DNA of 64,000 nt, from the NCBI GenBank assembly GCA_963842485.1, contig CAWJHI010000041.1:1536-65535 (forward strand), given 5' to 3'. Each line of letters begins with the position of its first letter. Position 1 is the stretch's first letter. Below, in pieces: positions 21,176 through 29,837 of the stretch. This DNA is from Terriglobia bacterium (GTDB lineage Bacteria; Acidobacteriota; Terriglobia; Bryobacterales; Bryobacteraceae). The position numbers were made by a program, and so were the translations under genes. The notes beneath the pieces were generated by a model. That model had not been told where the DNA came from, made no database searches, and saw only the letters and a program-made list of their open reading frames with translations.

Positions 21176-23436
21176 ATCACACCCCACTTGCGCCGCAGCA
21201 GCCATTCGCCGGATCGCAGCATCAGCAGCAGCAGGAACACGACCGGCATGTCCCACAGATCGCGCGTTTCGCGCACCGTAATGCCTGCCTCGGAGTAGTT
21301 AATATCATTGCCGAGCTTGTGCGCGTCTTCGGGCTGGTAATAGCGGCCGCCGGTTTCCGAGGCGAGCTTTTCCAGCAGCTCGCGATTCTGCTCGACCTTG
21401 AAGTTTTCCGCCACGCCGTCCTCCCGGCGGAAGGTCAGAACGTCGCGGCCGAGCTCCTCTGCGCCGCGTTTCGCTGTCATCTCCACCAGGTAGGAGCCGG
21501 CCTTCGGAATCGTCCAATCCGCGTTATAAATTCCCTGCTCGAGCGGATCGGGCTGCATCGGAATGCTTTCCGCGATTCCTTCGGGTCCCAAAACATGCGC
21601 TTCGACGGCGGCGTCGCCGGCAGGAAGATAAGTGCGGTCCTTCACCTCAGCGCGCAGCTTCACGTCGCTCTCGTCGGAGAGAACCTGGCGCGGCGTGGAG
21701 CCGGCCACGTGGCGTGGCGTGTCGTTCACCAGCCACCGGAGCAACTGCGTATAGAAAATTGCATGACTCTTGTCGGACACAGGCAGCAGCATCCGCCAGC
21801 GCCAGCTTCCCGAGGTCGCGAATATCGCCGTGCGGCCGCGGCCGAAGTTCTGAATGGTCAGTAGAGGAAACCGCCCGCCCTGCTTGGGCAACGCATCCGC
21901 CAGGACCACCGCTCCGGGTTTGGGTTGACCCGCGTCCTGAAAGTCCATCAGATAGGGCAGCTTCTTCCACTTCTGCACGTTCTTATCGGGATCTTCCTCG
22001 ACGCGCGTGATCAAGCTGTCTTTTCCCGCGGCGGTCAGCTCGGCGTCGGCGGGCGCGCGGAGGAAAGTCCCCTTGCGGTCGGGTAGAACGGTGGGAAGCA
22101 GATCGTTGAGCACGGATTGTTTGTATCCGCCGTCGGCGAGCGAGTCCTTGCCGCCTAAAAACAGCAGGCCACCGCCGCGCCGGTCGACAAACTGATGAAT
22201 CAAGTCGAGTTGGGTCGGAGTGAAATACGCGACTTCGCTGGATCCGATAATCAGAGCGTCAAATGCGAACAGATCCTCGACTCGAGTGGGGAAACCGTCC
22301 TTGATATTCTTGGGCGCGTCCTGATGCTCGTCTTGAACGTAAATCTTGTTTTGCGTGGTGCGTAGAACGCTGATTACGTGGACGTTCCGGTCATCCTCCA
22401 CGGCGCGTTTGAGAAACTTGAATTCCCAGCGCGGCTCGCCCTCCATATAAAGGACCAAGCCGGTTCGCTTGTCGACGTTCACCAGTCGCGTGATCTTGTT
22501 GTCCTTGACGTTTTCCTCGCCCTGCAGCGGATCAATGGAGGTTTCGATGGTTTTCACGCCTGCCGTGCCCGCGTTGAATAGAATGGTTTCAGTCTGCTCG
22601 GCGCCATCGCTCTTAAGGGTCACCTGCTTCGAGGCGAGGAGCTTCTGGCCGTCGCGCAACGCGATCTTAACGCTTTGGCCGGCATAGCCGTGCTGATGAA
22701 AACTGACTTGCGCGGCCAAGCGGGAATCGGGAAGGGCTCGCGGCGGGACTTGCACTTCGGAAATCTCGAGGTCATGCGACATCTTCTCGCGGCCGAATCC
22801 GATGGTGTGGATCGGAATGCGCTGGCGGCGAATTTCCGAGATGGTTTCCAGGTCGATGCCGCCCGAATTGTCCGCGCCGTCGCTCAACAGAACTACCGCG
22901 CCGATCGGCAAACTCGAGGCGTCCGCCAGAACCTGCCGGAGGCTTTCGCCGATATGCGTCGACTGGCCGGAAGCGTTGAGCTGGTCGAGTTTCTGAATTC
23001 GTTCCAATTGATCGGTGAGCCGGTAAAACCGGACCTGAAAGCGCTTTTGCAACGCTTCGATCAGCCCGGAGTTCAGCACGTGTAACGCGGCGTCGTGACG
23101 CGTTCCGCTGGCATCGTTGGTGGCCATGCTGGCCGAATCATCGACCACTACCGCGACGATGTTTTGTTGAGGCCGCAGCGTCGCCACGCTGAGCGCCGGA
23201 TGCCATAGCATCAGCAGCAGGACGGATGCAAGCAACGTCTGCAGCAGCCATACGACCACGGAACGAGCTCCGGCGACGCGTACCGAGCCGGCCGCGCGGC
23301 TTCGAACCAGGAGCGCCAGACCTGCTCCTGCCGCCAGGATCGCAGCGATCAATAGCCAGGACGGCCATCCGCCCAGGAAAACGAAAGTTCCCCTGGAGAA
23401 TACCGCCGCCGGATATTTGAAGAGTAGCTCGAACAT
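21172..23436 (-). CDS. membrane-anchored vWA domain protein with C-terminal glutamine-amidotransferase-like (class I-like) domain
   Basis: 754 aa and intact. N-terminal TM helices, MIDAS VAVVVDDSASM, VVLLSDGADNSG...IPIHTIGFG, and a C-terminal TM anchor. Confidence 0.7.
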   Translation of the reverse strand: MFELLFKYPAAVFSRGTFVFLGGWPSWLLIAAILAAGAGLALLVRSRAAGSVRVAGARSVVVWLLQTLLASVLLLMLWHPALSVATLRPQQNIVAVVVDDSASMATNDASGTRHDAALHVLNSGLIEALQKRFQVRFYRLTDQLERIQKLDQLNASGQSTHIGESLRQVLADASSLPIGAVVLLSDGADNSGGIDLETISEIRRQRIPIHTIGFGREKMSHDLEISEVQVPPRALPDSRLAAQVSFHQHGYAGQSVKIALRDGQKLLASKQVTLKSDGAEQTETILFNAGTAGVKTIETSIDPLQGEENVKDNKITRLVNVDKRTGLVLYMEGEPRWEFKFLKRAVEDDRNVHVISVLRTTQNKIYVQDEHQDAPKNIKDGFPTRVEDLFAFDALIIGSSEVAYFTPTQLDLIHQFVDRRGGGLLFLGGKDSLADGGYKQSVLNDLLPTVLPDRKGTFLRAPADAELTAAGKDSLITRVEEDPDKNVQKWKKLPYLMDFQDAGQPKPGAVVLADALPKQGGRFPLLTIQNFGRGRTAIFATSGSWRWRMLLPVSDKSHAIFYTQLLRWLVNDTPRHVAGSTPRQVLSDESDVKLRAEVKDRTYLPAGDAAVEAHVLGPEGIAESIPMQPDPLEQGIYNADWTIPKAGSYLVEMTAKRGAEELGRDVLTFRREDGVAENFKVEQNRELLEKLASETGGRYYQPEDAHKLGNDINYSEAGITVRETRDLWDMPVVFLLLLMLRSGEWLLRRKWGVI

Positions 23437-24245
23437 CAGTGCGTTAAATCATACACGAAGTAGTTACAAGCGATGCGGTAAGCGAGCGCAGCGAACTTTT
23501 CCGGATAGCGGGGGTCGTCCGACCATTCCCAGGCATCACCCAGATCCATATTGTGGCAGATCGCGACCATGACGCGGCCTTTGTCGTCATAGATCCCGCG
23601 CCACTTTGCTTCGTAGCCATCGTATTCGAATCGCGAGTGGGTGAACAGATACTGGGCGCCGGGCACCTGGTAACGATCATCCAGATCATATATGACGTGA
23701 AAGATCGGATCTTTGTTATCAAGATCTACAACTGGACGGTCAGGAAAGACTCTACTCATGCTGGCCATGAAGTTTTGCCACTCGATGGTGCCGTGGAAAT
23801 CGTCGCACATGAAGAAGCCGCCGCGCAGCAGATATTCGCGAAGCTGGGCCGCCATTTCGTCGGTGAGGTTCCAGTAGCCGACCTCTACGGCGTACAGGAC
23901 GGGCCAATTGTAAACTTCATCGGTACCGTCCAACTCGACACTCTGCTCGACGGATCGGGTATTGATCCGAGTGAGCCGGCGGATGCCCTGGAGCAATAAG
24001 CGATCCGATCGCGGATAATCGATGGTCCAGCGGCGATAGCCGTCGGGGACGCCATGGGGCGCGAGAATCGACGGATAAATCAGCCGAGCCCGGGTCCACT
24101 CGGTGCGCTCCAGGTAGTCCTGGGGCAGGTGATACTCGGCATGCGCTTCTTCGGTCGCGTAGTCCTTGAAAGGTTTTTGCGCCCGTAAGGCGCCCCAGGT
24201 GGCGAAGCCCGCGATTGCCAACAAAAAAACCGAGCGAAGGCGCAT
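23436..24245 (-). CDS. DUF4159 domain protein (paralog B)
   Basis: 269 aa with a signal peptide. Motifs: YPRSDRLLLQGIRRLTRINTRSVEQSVELDGTDEVYNWPVLYAVEVGYWNLTDEMAAQLREYLLRGGFFMCDDFHG. Its stop overlaps the next start by 1 nt (TGATG). Confidence 0.75.
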   Translation of the reverse strand: MRLRSVFLLAIAGFATWGALRAQKPFKDYATEEAHAEYHLPQDYLERTEWTRARLIYPSILAPHGVPDGYRRWTIDYPRSDRLLLQGIRRLTRINTRSVEQSVELDGTDEVYNWPVLYAVEVGYWNLTDEMAAQLREYLLRGGFFMCDDFHGTIEWQNFMASMSRVFPDRPVVDLDNKDPIFHVIYDLDDRYQVPGAQYLFTHSRFEYDGYEAKWRGIYDDKGRVMVAICHNMDLGDAWEWSDDPRYPEKFAALAYRIACNYFVYDLTH

Positions 24246-24310
24246 CTATTCTTGCAGTTGTGCCTGCAGTTGGCTCCAGAATAGCACAGCGATGAAATGC
24301 GCCTCGATTC

Positions 24311-24357
24311 ATGCGTCAGGCCGTAGATGAATTAGTTCATCGCGATCCGGTAGGCCA
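24311..24357 (-). pseudogene. relic 3' end of a third DUF4159 copy
   Basis: The reverse complement reads M-AYRIAMN*FIYGLTH. This aligns with the C-termini AYRVGMNYFMYDLTH* (paralog A) and AYRIACNYFVYDLTH* (paralog B). It has an in-frame TAA where the paralogs have Tyr, and the terminal stop is lost. Confidence 0.6.
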
Positions 24358-24397
24358 TTTTTCGGCGTGACGCGAGACGGATCGTACTCTGACTTGG

Positions 24398-25270
24398 TCA
24401 GTGAGTCAGATCATACATAAAGTAGTTCATTCCGACGCGGTATGCCAGCGACGACCACTTTTCCTCGTATTTGGGATCGTCGGAGTTCTCCCAACCATCG
24501 CCCAGATCCATGTTGTGGCAGATGGCGACGATGATGCGCCCCTTGTCGTCGCGAATGCAGCGCCAGTGCGGCTGTTTGCCGGTAGGACCCTTCTCATAGG
24601 TGAGATGCGTTTCGAAATAGTTGTAGGAGCCGGGGACTTGGAAACGTTCGTCCAGATCGTAAATGGTGTGAAAGATGGGGTCTTTATCGGGAATCTCTTC
24701 GATGGGCCGATCCGGGAAGACCTTGCTCATGCTGGCGATGAAGGTCTGCCATTCATTCAAAGGTCCGAGGATGTCTTCGTAGGGTTCGGTGCCGTGGAAG
24801 TCGTCGACCATAAGGAATCCACCGCGCAGAAGAAAATCGCGCAGCTGCTGGGCTTGATCGGGAGGGAGTACCCAGTGTCCGACCTCGACCGCGTACATCA
24901 TGGGCCAGTTGAAAACGTCGTCGGTGCCGTCCAGGTCAACCACCTGCTCGACGGATCTGGTGTCGATACGCGTCAAGCGCCGCACCGCGTCGAGCAAATG
25001 CCGGTCGGAGCGGGGGTAGTCCATAGTCCACTGGCCAGGCCACTCGCGCCCGCCGGCCAGCCGGAAGCGGACGCGATTCGGATAACCGTAGACATCGGGA
25101 TAACGCAACCGCGCCCGCACCCATTCATGCGAGGTATTCCAATCCGCGGGGATCGGGAAATTCTCGTACTCGACGGCGGGATATTCTTTAAAAGGTCTTT
25201 GCGCGTGCAGCACGCCGATGCAAGATATCAGCCCGAAAAAACCCGCTGCCAGCGCAATCCGCAAGCGCAT
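24398..25270 (-). CDS. DUF4159 domain protein (paralog A)
   Basis: 290 aa with a signal peptide. Same motif set as paralog B: YPRSDRHLLDAVRRLTRIDTRSVEQVVDLDGTDDVFNWPMMYAVEVGHW...LLRGGFLMVDDFHG. Confidence 0.75.
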   Translation of the reverse strand: MRLRIALAAGFFGLISCIGVLHAQRPFKEYPAVEYENFPIPADWNTSHEWVRARLRYPDVYGYPNRVRFRLAGGREWPGQWTMDYPRSDRHLLDAVRRLTRIDTRSVEQVVDLDGTDDVFNWPMMYAVEVGHWVLPPDQAQQLRDFLLRGGFLMVDDFHGTEPYEDILGPLNEWQTFIASMSKVFPDRPIEEIPDKDPIFHTIYDLDERFQVPGSYNYFETHLTYEKGPTGKQPHWRCIRDDKGRIIVAICHNMDLGDGWENSDDPKYEEKWSSLAYRVGMNYFMYDLTH

Positions 25271-25329
25271 TTCACGACACTTTCGGACTCAGAATACCAC
25301 GCGGCGGAGGAATCAGTCAGAATCGCCGG

Positions 25330-25974
25330 TTACTGTTGTTGATCGGGAGCATTGGTGCCCGTCGGCTTATTCCACTTGTCGGCGTTGCGCGAGGTCTTCC
25401 AGATGGAATCGCCCCACCATTCATCGGCGGGCTTGGCCGCGGATGTGGCAGCGGCTGGCTTGGCCGCGGGAGCGGGTTTCTTGGAAGCGGCGGGGGCTTC
25501 CGTCTTGAACTCCGGTTTCTTCTCGTCCGACGCGGTCTGCTGCGGCTCGAACTTCTTGCCGGTCCGGGTTTCCAGGTCGGAAAGCACGCTGGAGGCTGCC
25601 GCAGTGGCCAGTTCCAGAGTCATACTCTTGTCCTCGCCGGCTTCGTTTTTGAAATTCACGATCAGGTATTGCGTCTGCGTCTTGGCGTGCCGGTGCGCCC
25701 AAACCTTGTAGAACGGAACGTCATGCGAAGTTTCCTTCACGGCGCCCAGCTCGGCGTTGCTGATGCCGGAGTAGGGAATCGCGACGGTTTCAAGGCCGGT
25801 GTGCAAGTACATGGCATTGTCGTCGGAGAACATCAGGGTGGCGCCGGTATTGGGCGCAACGCCGGTCAGGTTTCCGTCGATGTACGTGGTGGTTTCCGGG
25901 CGTGAACCGGCGAAGGCCGCGCCCCACGCAGCCAGACTCAGAATTGCAAGAGATGTGAAAGAAGCGATGCGCAT
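25330..25974 (-). CDS. secreted hypothetical protein with Lys/Ala/Pro-rich tail
   Basis: 214 aa and intact. Signal MRIASFTSLAILSLAAWGAAFA. No family recognised. Lies 59 nt upstream of DUF4159 paralog A. Confidence 0.5.
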   Translation of the reverse strand: MRIASFTSLAILSLAAWGAAFAGSRPETTTYIDGNLTGVAPNTGATLMFSDDNAMYLHTGLETVAIPYSGISNAELGAVKETSHDVPFYKVWAHRHAKTQTQYLIVNFKNEAGEDKSMTLELATAAASSVLSDLETRTGKKFEPQQTASDEKKPEFKTEAPAASKKPAPAAKPAAATSAAKPADEWWGDSIWKTSRNADKWNKPTGTNAPDQQQ

Positions 25975-26094
25975 GGTGAGAATCCTTTCCTCAGGAAAAC
26001 ATCGGACGGACCGGGCAGATGCTTTAGGAAGCCCGATGGCTTAGTACTACCCTTCACCTTTATGTAGTCCGTTCCGGGTATCCTGACGTTCGGG

Positions 26095-27228
26095 ATGGAT
26101 CGTGTAGCGGACCTCGCCATCGTCGGCGCCGGCATTATGGGGCTGGCGCACGCTTATGCCGCGGCGCGGCGCGGGCTACGCGTGGTGGTGTTCGAGCGTG
26201 GAGGGCAATCCTCCGGCGCCTCCATTCGGAACTTTGGAATGATCTGGCCGATCGGCCAGCCGCACGGAAGGATGCTCGAAACGGCGCTGTGCAGCCGCGG
26301 GCATTGGCTCGAAGTCCTGGAGCAGGCGCGACTTCCGTATTCAGTCGAAGGATCTTTGCACGTGGTCTACCGGGATGACGAAGCCGCGGTGGCTAAGGAA
26401 TTCGCGGAGCGCGCCCCGGCGCTCGGGTACGACTGCCAGTGGCTGAACGCCGCACAGGTGATGGCGCGATCCCAAGCCGTGAAGGCCGATGGACTGATCG
26501 GCGGATTGTCGAGCTCGACCGAGCTTACCGTCGATCCGCGTTTAACGATTGCGGCGCTGCCTGCGTTCCTATGCGAGCGGTTTGGCGTCCAATTCCGTTT
26601 TCATTGCTCGATCCGGAGCATTGAGCTGCCTGTCATCGAATCGGCGGACGAAAGCTGGTCAGTGGAACGGGCCATCGTGTGCAGTGGAGACGATTTCGAG
26701 TCGCTGTATCCATCGACTTACGCATCGTCGGGGCTGACGCGAGTGAAACTCCAGATGCTCCGGACGGTTCCACAACCGGGTGGATGGCGGTTGGGACCGG
26801 CGCTGGCCGCGGGGTTGACGTTGCGCTTTTATTCGTCGTTCCGGCTCTGCGCGACGCTTGCGGTTCTGGAACGCCGGATCGCGGAGGAAACACCCGAGTA
26901 TGACCGCTGGGGCATTCACGGCCTGGTTTCTCAAACCGCGCAGGGCGAGCTGACGCTCGGCGATTCGCACGAATATGGGCTGCACGTGGACATTTTCAAT
27001 AAATCCGCGATCGACGATCTGATGCTGGGTTACATCTCCCAATTTCTGAATGCTCCGGATCTGACCATCGCGCAACGCTGGTACGGGGTGTACGCCAAGC
27101 ATCCGGAAAAACCGTATTTATCGCTGGAGCCAGCGCCGGGAGTGCGCATTGTCACGTCGCCGGGGGGCTCCGGGATGACGCTGTCGTTCGGGATCGCGGA
27201 AAAGACTTTGATGGAGGTGCACGGTTGA
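26095..27228 (+). CDS. FAD-dependent oxidoreductase of the type that accompanies phosphonate catabolism genes (TIGR03364-like, from memory)
   Basis: 377 aa and intact. Dinucleotide fold ADLAIVGAGIMGLAHAYAAARRGLRVVVFER. Later motifs GDSHEYG and GGSGMTLSFG. Its stop overlaps the phnX start (TTGA at 27225-27228). Confidence 0.75.
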   Translation: MDRVADLAIVGAGIMGLAHAYAAARRGLRVVVFERGGQSSGASIRNFGMIWPIGQPHGRMLETALCSRGHWLEVLEQARLPYSVEGSLHVVYRDDEAAVAKEFAERAPALGYDCQWLNAAQVMARSQAVKADGLIGGLSSSTELTVDPRLTIAALPAFLCERFGVQFRFHCSIRSIELPVIESADESWSVERAIVCSGDDFESLYPSTYASSGLTRVKLQMLRTVPQPGGWRLGPALAAGLTLRFYSSFRLCATLAVLERRIAEETPEYDRWGIHGLVSQTAQGELTLGDSHEYGLHVDIFNKSAIDDLMLGYISQFLNAPDLTIAQRWYGVYAKHPEKPYLSLEPAPGVRIVTSPGGSGMTLSFGIAEKTLMEVHG

Positions 27229-28025
27229 ACCTGGAAGCAGTCATCTTCGATTGGGCCGGCACCATGGTCGACCATGGATCGCTGGCGCCGGTGCGAGCGA
27301 TCACAAAGTTGTTCTCGCGGCATGGGATCACGCTTAGCGATGAGGATGCGCGCCGGGATATGGGCATCTTCAAGCAAGATCATATCCGGCGCATCCTTGC
27401 GCTGCCCAATATTGCGGAGAGATGGCGCGAAGAAAACGGCGAGTCTCCAAAGGAAGCGGATGTGGACGCTCTGTTCGCGGAGTTCATCCCATTGCAAATG
27501 GAGGTCCTGGGGGCGCATTCGCGGCTGATCTTCGGGGCTGGCCGCGCGGCGGAGAATCTGCGGGCACGGGGGTGGAAGATAGGGAGCACGACCGGATACA
27601 CACGGCCGATGCTGGAGGTCTTGCTCGAATCCGCCGCGCGACAAGGCTATCGCCCGGATGTGTCCCTATGCCCCGACGACGTGGGCGGAGGGCGGCCGCG
27701 GCCGTGGATGTGCTTCCGCATCGCGCTTGAGCTCGGCCTGAGCGCAGCCGCGGCAGCGGTGAAGATCGGCGACACGCCGAGCGATATCGAGGAGGGCTTG
27801 AATGCCGGCATGTGGGCGGTGGGCGTGGCGCTGACCGGAAACGAGATCGGATTGAGCGCTAAGGATTTCGCGGCGCTTCCGGCCGATGAACGCGAGGCGC
27901 GGGTCGACCAAGCCCGGGCGGTCCTGAGGTCCACTGGGGCCCACTATGTCATCGACAGCGTCGCGCTGTGCGAGCCCGTGCTCGAAGAGATCGACGCGCG
28001 CTTGGCCGCAGGAGAACGTCCGTGA
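27225..28025 (+). CDS. phnX: phosphonoacetaldehyde hydrolase (phosphonatase)
   Basis: 266 aa. HAD motif I VIFDWAGT. Further motifs: GSTTGYTR, GGGRPRPWMCF, KIGDTPSDIEEGLNAGMW. Confidence 0.85.
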   Translation: MNLEAVIFDWAGTMVDHGSLAPVRAITKLFSRHGITLSDEDARRDMGIFKQDHIRRILALPNIAERWREENGESPKEADVDALFAEFIPLQMEVLGAHSRLIFGAGRAAENLRARGWKIGSTTGYTRPMLEVLLESAARQGYRPDVSLCPDDVGGGRPRPWMCFRIALELGLSAAAAAVKIGDTPSDIEEGLNAGMWAVGVALTGNEIGLSAKDFAALPADEREARVDQARAVLRSTGAHYVIDSVALCEPVLEEIDARLAAGERP

Positions 28026-28110
28026 ACGTGCGTTACTTTGCCGAAACGTGGTGCCCATTGCCCTCGTCCAATGGATCAGCGTAAAATCAGGGTTGAAGGT
28101 GGTTAAACCT

Positions 28111-29798
28111 ATGCGGTCCATTCTGCTCGTCACTTTCTGCTCCGCGTCCATTCTGGTCCCGCGTATGGCGGGGCAAACGCCTCCCGCGTCCCCTCCTACT
28201 GCTCAGACAGATCCGAAGCCGGCCGCGTCTCAGAAGGAGACCGTGGCCAAGCCGATGACCGCGAAGCAGAAGAAAAAGCAGGACGATAAGCTTCGTAAAG
28301 AACTGGAAACGCCGTGGAAGAAGTGGCTGAACGAGGAAGTGGTTTACATCATCTCGGACGAGGAGAGAAAGGCGTTCAACGCCCTTCAGACGGACGAGGA
28401 GCGGGAACAGTTTGTCGAGCAGTTCTGGCTGCGCCGCGACCCCACTCCCGATACGGAAGAAAACGAGTTCCGCGAAGAGCACTATCGCCGGATCGCATAC
28501 GCCAATGAGCGGTTCGCCTCAGGAATTCCTGGCTGGAAGACCGATCGCGGCAAGATTTATATCGAATACGGACCGGCGGATGAAGTGGAATCGCATCCCT
28601 CTGGCGGCACGTATGAGCGGCCCTATGAAGAAGGCGGCGGCACCACCTCGACGTATCCTTTTGAAAAATGGCGTTATCGATACATCGAAGGGATCGGAAA
28701 CGACGTTAACCTCGAGTTCGTAGATACGACGATGAGCGGCGAGTACCACCTGACCATGGATCCGTCGGAGAAGGACGCGCTGCTATACGTCCCGGGAGCC
28801 GGCCTTACCATGATGGAAGCGATGGGTATGGCTTGCAAGAACGATCGCTTCACGCGCACCGACGGCACGCACCTGGGTACGGGTTCTACGCCTCTGCCGG
28901 AAAGCATGAGCGAGTTCACGCGGCTGGAGAATTTCGCCAAGATCCAGAAACCACCGGCCATCAAATATAAGGATCTGGAAGCCGCGGTCAACTCCAGCAT
29001 CAAATACAACCTGCTGCCCATGAAGGTTAGGGTGGACTATATTCCGATCACTGGATCATCCGTGCTAACCAACATCACCATTCAGTTTGAGCGAAAGGAT
29101 CTCCAGTTCAAACAGAAGGAAGGCGTCTCGACGGCGACCGTGAATATTTACGGCAGCATCACCACCATGTCGCGCCGGCCGGCTGCGCAGTTTGAAAACC
29201 TGGTGGAGGTGCCTCTTCCCACGGAGATGCTGCAACAGGCGGTCAACGGCCAGGAGATTTACCAGAAGACGATGCCCGCTCAAGCCGGGCCGGTACCGGC
29301 TGAGCATCGCCGCCAAGGACGTGGTGGGAAACAATCAGACAGTTTATCCGGTGGCGCTCGACGTTCCTGCAAATGGAAGACGACAAGTTGTCGGCGAGTT
29401 CGCTGATCCTGGCGGACCTGCTCGAAAAGGTGCCGACCAAGAGCATCGGCACGGGTCAGTTCGTGATTGGCGCGTTCCAAGGTGCGGCCGAAGATGGATT
29501 CGACGTTCAAGACTCAGCGACAAGCTGGGGATCTATTTACAGCTCTATAACTTCGAGACGGATGAGTTGACCAAGAAGCCGGCCGGTACGGTGGATTACG
29601 AGATCGTCAAGAACGGGTCGACCGACAAGATATTCGAGTTTAGCGAGCCGGTGAGCGCACTTCCGGGCGGAGCGTCGGAGCTGACAATTGACAAAGCGGC
29701 TGCCTCTGGCGGACTTCAAGCCCGGCGACTATACGTTGAAGATCAAAGTGACGGATTCGAAGCGAAACCAGACGCTTGAACGAGACAGCGACATTTAA
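28111..29798 (+). CDS. GWxTD domain protein, secreted; at least 4 frame breaks after 29280
   Basis: Signal MRSILLVTFCSASILV. Motifs: ERKAFNALQTDEEREQFVEQFWLRRDP, EHYRRIAYANERF...GWKTDRGKIYIEYGPADEVE. The tail is reconstructed across ORFs 29192-29779 and 29373-29570, ending ...DYTLKIKVTDSKRNQTLERDSDI* (TAA at 29796-29798). Confidence 0.7.
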
Positions 29799-29837
29799 GG
29801 TATTATAAGCAGATAGGTACAGGCAGCGCGCCGAATC

